In this document: one piece after another, positions 14,201 through 26,864 of the stretch
Position numbering within the stretch: the first letter of the stretch is position 1
How the letters are laid out: every line of letters starts with the position of its first letter
Made by a program: the position numbers and the translations under genes
Notes under the pieces: generated by a model
What the model was told of the DNA's origin: nothing
Seen by the model: only the letters and a program-made list of their open reading frames with translations
Database searches by the model: none
Source of the DNA: Macrostomum lignano
Taxonomy: Eukaryota
Reading direction: 5' to 3'
Assembly: GCA_002269645.1 (NCBI GenBank)
Contig: NIVC01001688.1
Coordinates: 62,001 to 126,000, forward strand
DNA length: 64,000 nucleotides

Positions 14201-17200
14201 AATCCGCTCCTATCCTCCACGAATCCGCTCCTATCCGCCCTCGAATCCGCTCCTATCCGCCCCCGAATCCGCTCGTATCCGCCTCGAATCCGCTCCTATC
14301 CGGCCCCGAATCCGCTCCTGTCCGCCCCCGAATCCGCTCTTATCCGCCCCGAATCCGCTCCTATCCGGCCCCGAATCCGCTCCTATCCGCCTCGAATCCG
14401 CTCTTATCCGCCCCGAATCCGCTCCTATCCGCCCCGAATCCGCTCCTATCCGCCTCGAATCCGCTCCTATCCTCCACGAATCCGCTCCTATCCGCCCTCG
14501 AATCCGCTCCTATCCACCCCCGAATCCGCTCCTATCCTCCACGAATCCGCTCCTATCCTCCACGAATCCGCTCCTATCCGCCCCGAATCCGCTCCTATCC
14601 TCCACGAATCCGCTCCTATCCTCCACGAATCCGCTCCTATCCTCCACGAATCCGCTCCTATCCGCCCCGAATCCGCTCCTATCCTCCACGAATCCGCTCC
14701 TATCCTCCACGAATCCGCTCCTATCCTCCACGAATCCGCTCCTATCCGCCCCGAATCCGCTCCTATCCGCCCTCGAATCCGCTCCTATCCGGCCCCGAAT
14801 CCGCTCCTATCCGCCTCGAATCCGCTCCTATCCTCCACGAATCCGCTCCTATCCGGCCCCGAATCCGCTCCTATCCTCCACGAATCCGCTCCTATCCTCC
14901 ACGAATCCGCTCCTATCCTCCACGAATCCGCTCCTATCCTCCACGAATCCGCTCCTATCCGGCCCCGAATCCGCTCCTATCCTCCACGAATCCGCTCCTA
15001 TCCGGCCCGAATCCGCTCCTATCCTCCACGAATCCGCTCCTATCCTCCACGAATCCGCTCCTATCCTCCACGAATCCGCTCCTATCCTCCACGTATCCGC
15101 TCCTATCCTCCACGAATCCGCTCCTATCCTCCACGAATCCGCTCCTATCCTCCACGAATCCGCTCCTATCCTCCACGAATCCGCTCCTATCCTCCACGAA
15201 TCCGCTCCTATCCTCCACGAATCCGCTCCTATCCGCCCTCGAATCCGCTCCTATCCGCCCCCGAATCCGCTCCTATCCGCCCTCGAATCCGCTCCTATCC
15301 GCCCCCGAATCCGCTCCTATCCGCCCCCGAATCCGCTCGTATCCGCCTCGAATCCGCTCCTATCCGGCCCCGAATCCGCTCCTGTCCGCCCCCGAATCCG
15401 CTCTTATCCGCCCCGAATCCGCTCTTATCCGGCCCCGAATCCGCTCCTATCCGCCTCGAATCCGCTCCTATCCGGCCCCGAATCCGCTCCTATCCGGCCC
15501 CGAATCCGCTCCTATCCGGCCCCGAATCCGCTCCTATCCGCCTCGAATCCGCTCCTATCCGCCCCCGAATCCGCTCCTATCCGCCCACGAATCCGCTCCT
15601 ATCCGCCCCCGAATCCGCTCCTATCCGCCCCCGAATCCGCTCCTATCCGCCCACGAATCCGCTCCTATCCGCCTCGAATCCGCTCCTATCCGCCCACGAA
15701 TCCGCTCCTATCCGCCCCCGAATCCGCTCCTATCCTCCACGAATCCGCTCCTATACTCCACGAATCCGCTCCTATCCGCCCCCGAATCCGCTCCTATCCT
15801 CCACGAATCCGCTCCTATCCGCCCCCGAATCCGCTCCTATCCGGCCCCGAATCCGCTCCTATCCGCCCCCGAATCCGCTCCTATCCGCCCCCGAATCCGC
15901 TCCTATCCGGCCCCGAATCCGCTCCTATCCGGCCCCGAATCCGCTCCTATCCGGCCCCGAATCCGCTCCTAACTGAATTCATCGAAATTCTTTATCTATG
16001 GCTTAGGGCCCACAAAGTTAACTTCGCAAACCCAGAAAGTCCATGAAGTTGAAAGACCGCAAAAACTTTGCATAAATTTTGGAAAACTCCCGTAAACCCC
16101 AAGAGACCTCTTATAAACCATATAAACTTCCGGTAAGCCCCGGAAACTCACCTTCCTTCCGCATGCCGCTCTTCAGGCACTTCTGAAACCGGCAGTACTG
16201 GCACTGGTTCCGGTGGTGAATGTCCACCGGGCAGTTCCGGTTGCCACGGCACGTGTAGGACAGCTTCCGGCGGACTGAACGCTTGAAGAATGACTTGCAG
16301 CCTTCGCACGTGTACTGGCCGTAGTGCTTGCCTGTGCGGTGATGGAGTGGGCCTCGATGTACGGTTTTGAGCGCTGTTTAATTGCCTTTTCGTCCTTTTA
16401 AAGTGCCATTTTTAATGGATATAAATTGGCATCCGACAACCTCACTCCCCTTAATGTACACCCAGTCTCCGACAACCTCGCTTCCCTCAATTTACATCCA
16501 GTCCCCGACAACCTCTCTCCCCTTAATGTACACCCAGTCCCCGACAACCTCTCTCCCCTCAATGTACACCCAGTCCCCGACAACCTCTCTCCCCTCAATT
16601 TACATCCAGTCCCCGACAACCTCTCTCCCCTCAATGTACACCCAGTCCCCGACAACCTCTCTCCCCTCAATTTACATCCAGTCCCCGACAACCTCTCTCC
16701 CCTCAATGTACACCCAGTCCCCGACAACCTCTCTCCCCTCAATGTACATCCAGTCGCAGTCCCCGACAACCTCAACTCCCCTCAATGTACACCCAAGTCC
16801 TCGACAACAAAGAATTTACCACGTCTGCAATTATTGCAACGCTAATCCATAGCATTATAATGAGACATAGGGAATTTCGTCAGCAGGCGAATTGAGTTGA
16901 GAAGCTGGAGTAGGTAGATTAGTTTTCGATAACTTCATCTACCCCATGGTATTGGAATTGGAGATTTTAATCTAGTCCTCAAACTCTATGTTCCCCTCTC
17001 AAGTGGCTCAGTATAGATATGGTTTATGTTAATGAATTCCCACAACTATAAATATACGAGTTAAAGCTTACAATTAAATTATTGGTACAAGTCTCGATTG
17101 TTGTAACAATTGGCAGGTTTTTCGATAGCTGATGCTCTCAGCCAATCATTGGCATTTTTTTCTGACTGCTTGTTGATACGAGGTAGCTAAATTGTGGTTT

Positions 17201-18275
17201 TAGTCACTACTCGGTTACAGAAGGGTCTATGGTATCTATCCGCTCGCTATTCTGATTCGATCCGCTCCCTACTGTTTTGATCCGCTCCCTACTGATTTGA
17301 TCCGCTCCCTACTGTTTCTATCCGCTCCCTACTGTTTCGATCCGCTCCCTACTGATTCGATCCGCTCCCTACTGTTTCTATCCGCTCCCTACTGTTTCGT
17401 TCCGCTCCCTACTGATTCGATCCGCTCCCTACTGTTTCTATCCGCTCCCTACTGATTCGATCCGCTCCCTACTGTTTCTATCCGCTCCCTACTGTTTCGA
17501 TCCGCTCCCTACTGATTCGATCCGCTACCTACTGTTTCGATCCGCTACCTACTGTTTCGATCCGCTCCCTACTGTTTCGATCCGCTCCCTACTGTTTCTA
17601 TCCGCTCCCTACTGTTTCGTTCCGCTCCCTACTGATTCGATCCGCTCCCTACTGTTTCGATCCGGTCCCTACTGATTCGATCCGCTCCCTATACTGTTTC
17701 GATCCGCTCCCTACTGATTCGATCCGCTCCCTACTGTTTCTATCCGCTCCCTACTGTTTCGTTCCGCTCCCTACTGATTCGATCCGCTCCCTACTGTTTC
17801 GATCCGGTCCCTACTGATTCGATCCGCTCCCTATACTGTTTCGATCCGCTCCCTACTGTTTCGATCCGCTCCTCTGATCCGCTCCCTATAACATCTGAAT
17901 CCGCTCCCTACAACATCTGAATCCGCTCCCTACAGCATCTGAATCCGCTCCCTACCCGCCATTATCACCCGCTTACTCTCTGAGCAGCGCACGACCGATG
18001 GGGGGCACCTTACCTGAGCTTTTGTCGCCGCAGACCACGCACTCAACGTTGACGGCCTTCTCCGGATCTTCATCGTCGCAGTCGATGGAGCCTCCGCCGA
18101 TGCTGGCGGGCGAGCCGGGCTCCGAGTTGGCCAGCAGCGGGGTCGAGTTGTGCAGCAGCATCGCCGTGGTGTCCCCGGCGGCTGAGCCGCCACTGCCGTC
18201 GACGGAGTCCCAGAACATCGGCTGATGCTGGTGCTGATGCTGGTGCTGATGCTGGTGCCGACCTCCGTTTGACAT
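8285..18275 (-). CDS. NR2F: NR2F (COUP-TF / seven-up-like) nuclear receptor, 4 exons, ~634 aa
   Basis: complement(join(8285..8952,10382..11176,16152..16331,18014..18275)); all introns GT-AG, all phase 1, frame consistent. DBD: [10 protein letters not shown]|[59 protein letters not shown]|AVQQGR. Hinge LLLRAE; LBD ...[12 protein letters not shown]|DVPGL...[31 protein letters not shown]...[15 protein letters not shown], matching NR2F family motifs recalled from memory. Exon 16152-16331 is missing from the ORF track. Confidence 0.95.
9035..10175. repeat. 16-bp minisatellite (GTGCTGTACACCCTGT)n, NR2F intron 3
   Basis: Recurring CTTTACAACT variant marks higher-order blocks. Confidence 0.96.
14000..15971. 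repeat. ~20-21-bp minisatellite (GAATCCGCTCCTATCCTCCAC)n, NR2F intron 2
   Basis: Direct inspection. Confidence 0.96.
16430..16800. repeat. 36-bp minisatellite, NR2F intron 1
   Basis: (CAGTCCCCGACAACCTCTCTCCCCTCAATGTACACC)n, about 10 copies. Confidence 0.94.
17258..17955. repeat. 20-bp minisatellite (TCCGCTCCCTACTGTTTCGA)n, NR2F intron 1
   Basis: Direct inspection. Confidence 0.95.
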
Positions 18276-18364
18276 TGCGTTCAAATTTGTCTCTGAGAGC
18301 TGGGCGAGAGATTTAGGAGATTGCTTGAGAGCGAAAGAGAAATCGGCGATCGCGAGCCCGCTGT

Positions 18365-18372
18365 CTTTTATG
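18365..18372 (-). promoter_or_regulatory. TATA-like CATAAAAG upstream of NR2F
   Basis: About 90 nt upstream of ATG 18275, within a GC-rich region. Confidence 0.3.
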
Positions 18373-19307
18373 CCGGAGATTTCCCAACTCCCGCAACTTC
18401 AGAGCGGAGCTGGGGTGGGTGGGGGGCCAGAGAGCAAAAGAGCGCTGAACCCTCCGCCCCAACCCTCTCACCCCGGGACCCCGCGGCCTCCCCTCCCCTC
18501 TCCATTCCACTCGCCTGATTCCCTGCAGTTGTCCCCCCGGCTCGGCCGCCGCCGCCGCCCCGTCCCCTCCTCAGACCGGCGCTGATTTGCTGGGCCACCC
18601 CAGCCTACCGCTGAGGAATGCGGCCCAAGTCTCCTCTTTGTTGACCCCGTCTGGTCTGGTGGTAGCGGCAAGCGGCGACGGTGGTCACCAGCCCCCCCGG
18701 TTCCTTCTGACACTTTACCCCGGGGATTATCCCGTGGGATACAAACAGCAGCGGTTTGTTTGCTCCACTCTCCCCAAGCAGGAGAGGATCAGGGAGACTG
18801 ATGGGGAAGAATTTCCCAGCCACGAGGCCGGGATTTACTACGCGGGACGCTTCTTGGGACAGCTAATCTTGGATTAAGCCAAGCGGCAATTACTGCGGGA
18901 CACCAGATAAGGATTGGTAGGGGCGCTGCGAGCTCGACTTGATGGAGCATTGACTCTCTTCCAGCCTCCGAATCGAGCGCTTTTCACTGTTCCGCTTGGC
19001 CAGACTCAGTCGCCGCCCGAGCTTGCAGTGGGGGAATTCAGCGAGAGAGATAACGAGAAACAGAGAGCTGCATGGGCAGGGAAGATCCTCATTCTTGCTC
19101 TGTCTGTTTTATTGTGCAGATCTGTTGTATGCAAATGCAATGCTTGGGTGTCTTATCTCTGTAAGATCTGTGCTGAGAGAATAAATTTCTCAAGCGCATG
19201 CGCGTGTTATTTCTGCTGCAAATCAAAAATATAGTTATGGATTTCTGGCGGAATTGCAAGAATTTTGTGTCAAGTGGAACATTTAAATATGGGGCAGAAG
19301 AAAAGCT

Positions 19308-19536
19308 TCAGTGAGGCGCCAGTGGAAGCAGTGAGGCGCCAGTGGAAGCAGTGAGGCGCCAGTGAAAGCAGTGAGGCGCCAGTGGAAGCAGTGAGGCGCC
19401 AGTGGAAGCAGTGAAGCGCCAGTGGAAGCAGTGAGGCGCCAGCGGAAGCAGTGAGGTGCCAGTGAAAGCAGTGAGGCGCCAGTGGAAGCAGTGAAGCGCC
19501 AGTGGAAGCAGTGAGGCGCCAGTGGAAGCAGTGAAG
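19308..19536. repeat. 20-bp minisatellite (CAGTGGAAGCAGTGAGGCGC)n
   Basis: About 11 copies. Confidence 0.95.
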
Positions 19537-20430
19537 CTCAATAAACAGTCATTGTTACAATTGTTTAAATATCTAGAGCTATATAGCTAGGTTCCTGTGT
19601 GGTAAACTCTAAATAAAATGCTATTTAGTATATTAGTCGAACATTTGGCGTCCCAGCAGGACTCTGCTTCGACCAGAGCTGCCATAGTATAAAACTGACA
19701 CAGCCGTTAATGAGCTGCGGACAATACAGATCTTAATGGGGATATTTTCACACATATCACCTAGTTCGCGACAGATCTCAGAGACTTCAACTGCACGCTT
19801 GGATACTGCGCATATAGCATTTTAACAGACACTAATTCCCAATCTCATTGACATCTGGGTCCTGGCATGCATAATATATTCATATTTTATAATTCTACGC
19901 TCATATATGCCAATTGCATCACAGCCCAGTCCGTTGCAAAAGTGTGATGCAATTCTTGCTCCCCCCATTATCTTATAATAGAAGTTTGAGAAGAAACTTG
20001 AGACCACTAGCCGCATGGGAACTGCAGATCTGTATGGAGCTTGGTTGCGGATATCTTAGAGACCAAAAGCCCAACCAAACCCCCCCTCTGACTTTCGCTA
20101 ATCATATTCCACGTCTGCCCGTCCAATACCGCTAATTGTCTATGGGCCAAAGCCAACCCACAGCCCCACCCTGTTGCATCAGGCGCGGGGTCTCCGAGGG
20201 CGCGGCGCCTCCCCAACTCCTCAACCCACAGTGCCAGGGCAAATATTATGTATTGAACCGTTTTTAAGTAGTGTTCGATTTCATGCCAATTTCATAAGAC
20301 TCATTGCTCCACGGACTCATTGCTTACTTGATGAGGCTTGAGAGCCTGTTGCGCTCAACCTGTGACCCGCTTTATATCCGAGTTTCTTCTCTCCATCTCT
20401 CCGTTCTCTGTTCAGTCTGATTTTCTCTCC

Positions 20431-21910
20431 CAGACTGACTCAGACTCTCCCAGACTGACTCAGACTCTCCCAGACTGACTCAGACTCTCCCAGATTGACT
20501 CAGACTCTCCCAGACTGACTCAGACTCTCCCAGACTGACTCAGACTCTCCCAGATTGACTCAGACTCTCCCAGACTGACTCAGACTCTCCCAGACTGACT
20601 CAGACTCTCCCAGACTGACTCAGACTCTCCCAGACTGACTCAGACTCTCGCCCAGACAGACTCAGACTCTCCCAGATAGACTCAGACTCTCCCAGACTGA
20701 CTCAGACTCTCCCAGACAGACTCAGACTCTCCCAGACTGACTCAGACTCTCGCCCAGACAGACTCAGACTCTCCCAGATAGACTCAGACTCTCCCAGACT
20801 GACTCAGACTCTCCCAGACTGACTCAGACTCTCCCAGACTGACTCAGACTCTCGCCCAGACAGACTCAGACTCTCCCAGATAGACTCAGACTCTCCCAGA
20901 CTGACTCAGACTCTCCCAGACAGACTCAGACTCTCGCCCAGACAGACTCAGACTCTCCTAGACTAACTCAGACTCTCCCAGACAGACTCAGACTCTCCCA
21001 GACAGACTCAGACTCTCCCAGACAGACTCAGACTCTTCCAGACTGACTCAGACTCTCCCAGACTGACTCAGACTCTCCCAGACTAACTCAGACTCTCCCC
21101 GACTGACTCAGACTCTCCCAGACTGACTCAGACTCTCCCAGACTGACTCAGACTCTCCCAGACTGACTCAGACTCTCCCAGAATGACTCAGACTCTCTCA
21201 GACTCTCTCAGAATGACTCAGACTCTCCCAGATTGACTCAGACTCTCCCAGACTGACTCAGACTCTCCCAGACTGACTCAGACTCTCCCAGACTGACTCA
21301 GACTCTCCCAGACTGACTCAGACTCTCCCAGACTGACTCAGACTCTCCCAGACTGACTCAGACTCTCCCAGACTGACTCAGACTCTCCCAGACTGACTCA
21401 GACTCTCCCAGACTGACTCAGACTCTCGCCCAGACTGACTCAGACTCTCCCAGACTGACTCAGACTCTCCCAGACTGACTCAGACTCTCCCAGACTGACT
21501 CAGACTCTCCCAGACTGACTCAGACTCTCCCAGACTGACTCAGACTCTTTCAGACTGACTCAGACTCTCCCAGACTGACTCAGACTCTCCCAGACTGACT
21601 CAGACTCTCCCAGATTGGCTCAGACTCACCCAGACTGACTCAGACTCTCTCAGACTGACTCAGACTCTCCCAGATTGACTCAGACTCTCCCAGACTGACT
21701 CAGACTCTCCCAGACTGACTCAGACTCTCCCAGACTGACTCAGACTCTCCCAGACTGACTCAGACTCTCTCAGACTGACTCAGACTCTCCCAGAATGACT
21801 CAGACTCTCCCAGACAGACTCAGACTCTCCCAGACTGACTCAGACTCTCCCAGACTGACTCAGACTCTCCCAGACAGACTCAGACTCTCCCAGATAGACT
21901 CAGACTCTCC
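20431..21910. repeat. 20-bp minisatellite (CAGACTCTCCCAGACTGACT)n
   Basis: About 73 copies; most contain TGACTCA. Confidence 0.97.
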
Positions 21911-22007
21911 CTACAGTCTGTTGGATTTACTTTATACCATAAAATATCCGATCCAAATATCTGCACTCTTCACTGGTCGATGAGAAAAATTTTACATTTG
22001 CGCCCAG

Positions 22008-23272
22008 GGTACAGACAGAGAGCTCAACTCAAAGTAATGACGCAATCAGCGCCGAGGGCCTGCCCAGCCAGCCCCGCAAGCGGTATTCGTCTGCAGCAGC
22101 ATCAGGTGCGAAATTATTCCCAGTCTTTTCTTCCTTTTTTCTTGGCCTCCCACCGGCCACCACCCACCCACCTGAGAGGCACCTGGAGGCTGCGTAGATT
22201 AACCCCCACCTGCAGCAACAATTATCTTAATTGGTACATGTTCAGATTCAGACTGGAATCTAGGGGCGCCAGTCAGGCCCATCATCATCAAATACCAATT
22301 TTTGCATAGGCCAATCGAGTGCAATTTTTTAATCCTACTGCAGGCACTGCAGCTACTAGCTCCACTACTAGCTCTACTACTAGCTTCACTACTAGCTCCA
22401 CTACTAGCTCCACTACTAGCTCCACTACTAGCTCCACTACTAGCTCCACTACTAGCTCCACTACTAGCTCCACTACTAGCTCCACTACTAGCTCCACTAC
22501 TAGCTCTACTACTAGCTCCACTACTAGCTCTACTACTAGCTCTACTACTAGCTTCACTACTAGCTTCACTACTAGCTCCACTACTAGCTCTACTACTAGC
22601 TCCACTACTAGCTCCACTACTAGCTCCACTACTAGCTCCACTACTAGCTCCACTACTAGCTCCAATACTAGCTTCACTACTAGCTTCACTACTAGCTTCA
22701 CTACTAGCTCCAATACTAGCTCCACTACTAGCTCCACTACTAGCTCCAATACTAGCTCTACTACTAGCTCCACTACTAGCTCCACTACTAGCTCCAATAC
22801 TAGCTTCACTACTAGCTTCACTACTTGCTCCACTACTAGCTCTACTACTAGCTCCACTACTAGCTCCACTACTAGCTCCACTACTAGCTCCACTACTAGC
22901 TCCACTACTAGCTCCACTACTAGCTCCACTACTAGCTCTACTACTAGCTCCACTACTAGCTCCACTACTAGCTCCAATACTAGCTCCACTACTAGCTCCA
23001 CTACTAGCTTCACTACTAGCTCGACTACTAGCTCCAATACTAGCTCCACTACTAGCTCCACTACTAGCTCCAATACTAGCTCCAATACTAGCTCCAATAC
23101 TAGCTCCACTAATAACTCCACTACTAGCTTCACTACCAGCACACACTTGGCAGCCCTTCACTTCCCCGCCCAGCCTCCTGAACACAACACGCAAACACAG
23201 TTTCAAATGGAACATAATGAGCCACTCCGTGCTGCCGCGCTGCCTTCCCAAGACGCAGGAAATGAAAAGTGA
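22008..23272 (+). CDS. Candidate exons of an unidentified Ser/Thr-rich (mucin-like) protein
   Basis: Acceptor tttgcgcccag|22008, open exon (VQTESSTQSNDAISAEGLPSQPRKRYSSAAAS) to donor 22105|gtgcga, then acceptor ttttttaatcctactgcag|22343 in matching phase 1 into the TSST-repeat frame, stop 23272. No upstream exon or homology identified. Confidence 0.3.
22351..23137. repeat. 12-bp repeat (ACTAGCTCCACT)n
   Basis: About 65 copies; possibly coding (TSST). Confidence 0.96.
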
Positions 23273-24167
23273 TTGAACGAGTCGCTGGTTAAAGAAAATT
23301 TGACAAAAAAGGATGACGGCTATAGCAGCTATAGCCGGGTCGGCTATAGCTGCTATAGCCGACTTTCACTTGATGCTCGAGGCTCATGAAATATTAATAG
23401 CGGATCCGGCAGCCAGCTGCGTCTGGCCGCCACTCCCTCCCTCCCACAGGACCGCGGGTCGCCGCCGTCTCCGCTGGCGCCGCGGGGGGTGACTTATTAA
23501 AGCGATAATCCGGCCGGACAGGTCCCTCGCGCGCTGACACGCGGGATTTAGGGGGCCTGATAATTGCTCAATCAGTGAGAGGCAAGACAGCCAGCGTAAG
23601 GAGTGAAAATCTGTCCTCCGGACAAAACCGGCCGACACCAATTGGTCAAATTGATAGCGTATCCGGAACGGCAGATGCCGGGGGGGGATATTCGGCCAGG
23701 GATTCCTGAGCCCATAGGGATCTTCGTTATGCAAATCAGCCACCTCTCGGTCTTTGTCGGGCGGTCGCTTCGAGCTGAGAAGAATTTTTGTCCATTTCAT
23801 TTTGCCAGGGCTGAGGGGGGGGGCTAGTAGGAGTTGGATGGATAATTGGGATTAGGGAACTGCCGCTTGGGAGTAGTTTGAGCATAGCTGAGGTCCGAGT
23901 CCTGCCTTGCTGGGCTGTGCGAGACATTCAAGCTGTGGGGTACCGCTGTTTGACTCTTGGAGTGAAATTCCCAAAGCTGAGAGGCTCAGGTGCTCGCAAG
24001 TGGGTCAATTGTTAAAATTGCCTTTTTTGGCTTAGAAAACTGACCGTAAGCATTCAGGCACTTTGCCTGCAGCTGTGCATGTCTGGCTGTGGAGTGCTTC
24101 CTACAGGTCAGTGACTGATTTCTGGCTATATTCTGTTCTGGGAAGTTTTGAATGTGAGAAGTTTTGA

Positions 24168-24405
24168 GTTGGTGTAGATTCGGGTTGGTGTAGATTCGGG
24201 TTGGTGTAGATTCGGGTTGGTGCAGATTCGGGTTGGTGTAGATTCGGGTTGGTGTAGATTCGGGTTGGTGTAGATTCGGGTTGGTGTAGATTCGGGTTGG
24301 TGTAGATTCGGGTTGGTGTAGATTCGGGTTGGTGTAGATTCGGGTTGGTGTAGATTCGGGTTGGTGTAGATTCGGGTTGGTGTAGATTCGGGTTGGTGTA
24401 GATTC
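24168..24405. repeat. 16-bp minisatellite (GGTTGGTGTAGATTCG)n
   Basis: About 15 copies. Confidence 0.96.
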
Positions 24406-25859
24406 TGCATTTCAGTCTGCAGTCTGTCAATAGAGTGCAGTACAGACTGCTGGCAATAAGCATTCTAATGAGCCGGATAATCATAATGACTGGGGCAGTT
24501 TAGCTGTTTTGATTTCTCATTTCTACCCTCATTATATTAATATTTCACCGTTTCAAGTCTTTGTGTGTCATACACGCATGGCACAGACGGTCTTTGTTGA
24601 TTTCAACAGCCATTGAGTGTGTCGAGGGTAGCAGATGACGCAATGCGATTTTCAATCTCAACGGGCGGGCCGGACCGGCCACGAGTTCCCTATAAGATGG
24701 GGAGATTTATCCCATGGCCAAGGAAGCGCTCTACGTGGCCAGATCATTATTAGGGAATCCGCTGTGGGCTCCTCCCATCGCGCCTCCTTAAGCATTCCCT
24801 TTGCAGTCGATAGCCCCAGCCAAGCTCCCATGTCACCTTGAGAAGCAGTGTCAGTTGGTGCTTCATCGATTGCACGGCTTGCGTAAGTTTTTGGATCCGA
24901 AAATCTAGTTGCCAGGCTATCGGGAATACTCGCTACTCGTTAGATAGAGGCACCGCTGAACAAGAGCTGCTCGCTGACATCCTGCATAGTGAGGAATCTT
25001 CTAATTATTACTATAAGCCGAACGGCTAACAGAATGGGTAAATGCCTACTAATTAGAGGCATTGATAACTGGGCTGCGCGCAAGCAGTGTCCGCAGCAGC
25101 ACTTTGATAGTCGGCTTTTGTAAAAGCGGAACAACTTTTTATGCTTTTCTTGCTGTTCCTTGACAATGAATGCCAAAAGCTGTGGCTACAGGGAGTGAGT
25201 AAGTCACTGGAGAGGCCTGATGCCCTGTGACGGCTTCCTGGCAGGGCTGAAGGTCTAATGGTCTGCTGGCCGTGCGATGCAGCAGGTCTTTTTGAGCCAC
25301 ACGACACCAGCGGCGATGAGGGGAGCTGGGTCTGGGACTGCCCGAAGGCTTTCTCCGTTCCCTGCTCTCTTCCCCTTTTCCCTAAAAAAATAGTGGGAAG
25401 ACAGATAGATAGAGCGAATGAGACAGCAACAGGGTTGAGCTGGAGGCTCCTCCATTCACTCGCCCTGTCACCCCAGAGAAACACACGGTAGTGAAATCCC
25501 CACTGACTCTGGGTTGAGGTTCGGGTTACAAAGACTGGGAGATATACTGGCATAGTTGGGAGGGAAGAAGGCGGAGATCTTTGTAAAGAAATAAAGTTGA
25601 CATCTTTCCACTTGGTCGGAGCCGCGGGGGGTCGCAGGATTACTATGGGATACTATGGGATACTATGGGATACGAGGAGGGGAGGGAAGGGGTTGGTGGT
25701 GGAATCACAATTTTTGGCATATGTTGGATATGGCGAAGGAGAGAGGCATGGAGGAAGGGCTCTGCAGGGTTGGCTGGCCTGATGAGTTACAGGTGGAGTT
25801 GAAGGAAGTGAGATAAGCAAAAAGACGACAGGAAGAAACAGTATGAGAGAGTAGAGGGA

Positions 25860-26455
25860 GAGTAGGGGTGAGAGGTAGATTAGGGATAAGAGGTAGAGTA
25901 GGGATGGTAGGTAAAGTAGGGATGAGAGGTAGAGTAGGGGTGAGGGGAGAGCAGGGATGAGAGGTAGAGTAGGGGTGAGGGGAGAGTAGGGATGAGAGGT
26001 AGAGTAGGGGTGAGGGGAGAGTAGGGATGAGAGGTAGAGTAGGGGTGAGGGGAGAGTAGGGATGAGAGGTAGAGTAGGGGTGAGGGGAGATTAGGGATGA
26101 GAGGTAGAGTAGGGGTGAGGGGAGATTAGGGATGAGAGGTAGAGTAGGGGTGAGGGGAGATTAGGGATGAGAGGTAGAGTAGGGGTGAGGGGAGAGTAGG
26201 GATGAGAGGTAGAGTAGGGGTGAGGGAGAGTAGGGATGAGAGGTAGAGTAGGGGTGAGGGGAGATTAGGGATGAGAGGTAGAGTAGGGGTGAGGGAGATT
26301 AGGGATGAGAGGTAGAGTAGGGGTGAGGGGAGAGTAGGGATGAGAGGTAGAGTAGGGGTGAGGGGAGAGTAGGGATGAGAGGTAGAGTAGGGGTGAGGGG
26401 AGAGTAGGGATGAGAGGTAGAGTAGGGTGAGGGGAGATTAGGGATGAGAGGTAGA
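25860..26455. repeat. 35-bp purine-rich minisatellite
   Basis: (GAGAGGTAGAGTAGGGGTGAGGGGAGAGTAGGGAT)n. Confidence 0.94.
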
Positions 26456-26864
26456 GAAGCGCCAGCAGGTCCAGTCGGAGTCAGTGAGGGATGGTGGCAA
26501 GCCAATGAACGGGGCAGAAGCCGGTGTGTCAGGAGGATGACCGGCCTTGACGCTTTTTAAGCAGCAGCGAGTCTCCATCAACCTCTACGCCTCATCAATC
26601 TTAAAAGCCCGGATTGCAGAGCTGGGCATTGGGAAGGCAGTGGGGGGGGGGGGAGGTCGCAGCGGCCGCTATCCATCTCGCCCCCTTGGACTGACACTTG
26701 CATAGATTAAAGTTCAGTTCGAAATTGGTTTGAGCCCAAATTGAGTGGCCGAGTAGCTTTTTCTATGAGATATTAATTGGACCTCCGGCTGCCTGACGAA
26801 CCGGGGTACTGGGGAAACTTTGGGGAACCACAGTGGGAAAAACACGGTGGGGATTGGAGATCTT

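Noticed and set aside
13955-15976. 673-aa ORF antisense in NR2F intron 2
   Set aside because: Pure minisatellite translation with frame-wandering indels.
24580-24600. GACGGTCT resembling part of a flatworm spliced-leader sequence
   Set aside because: Only about 8 nt match my recollection of the leader, with no donor or Sm-site context.
25860-26455. TTAGGG-containing units as an interstitial telomere
   Set aside because: TTAGGG occurs only as an isolated variant within a 35-bp unit, never in tandem.
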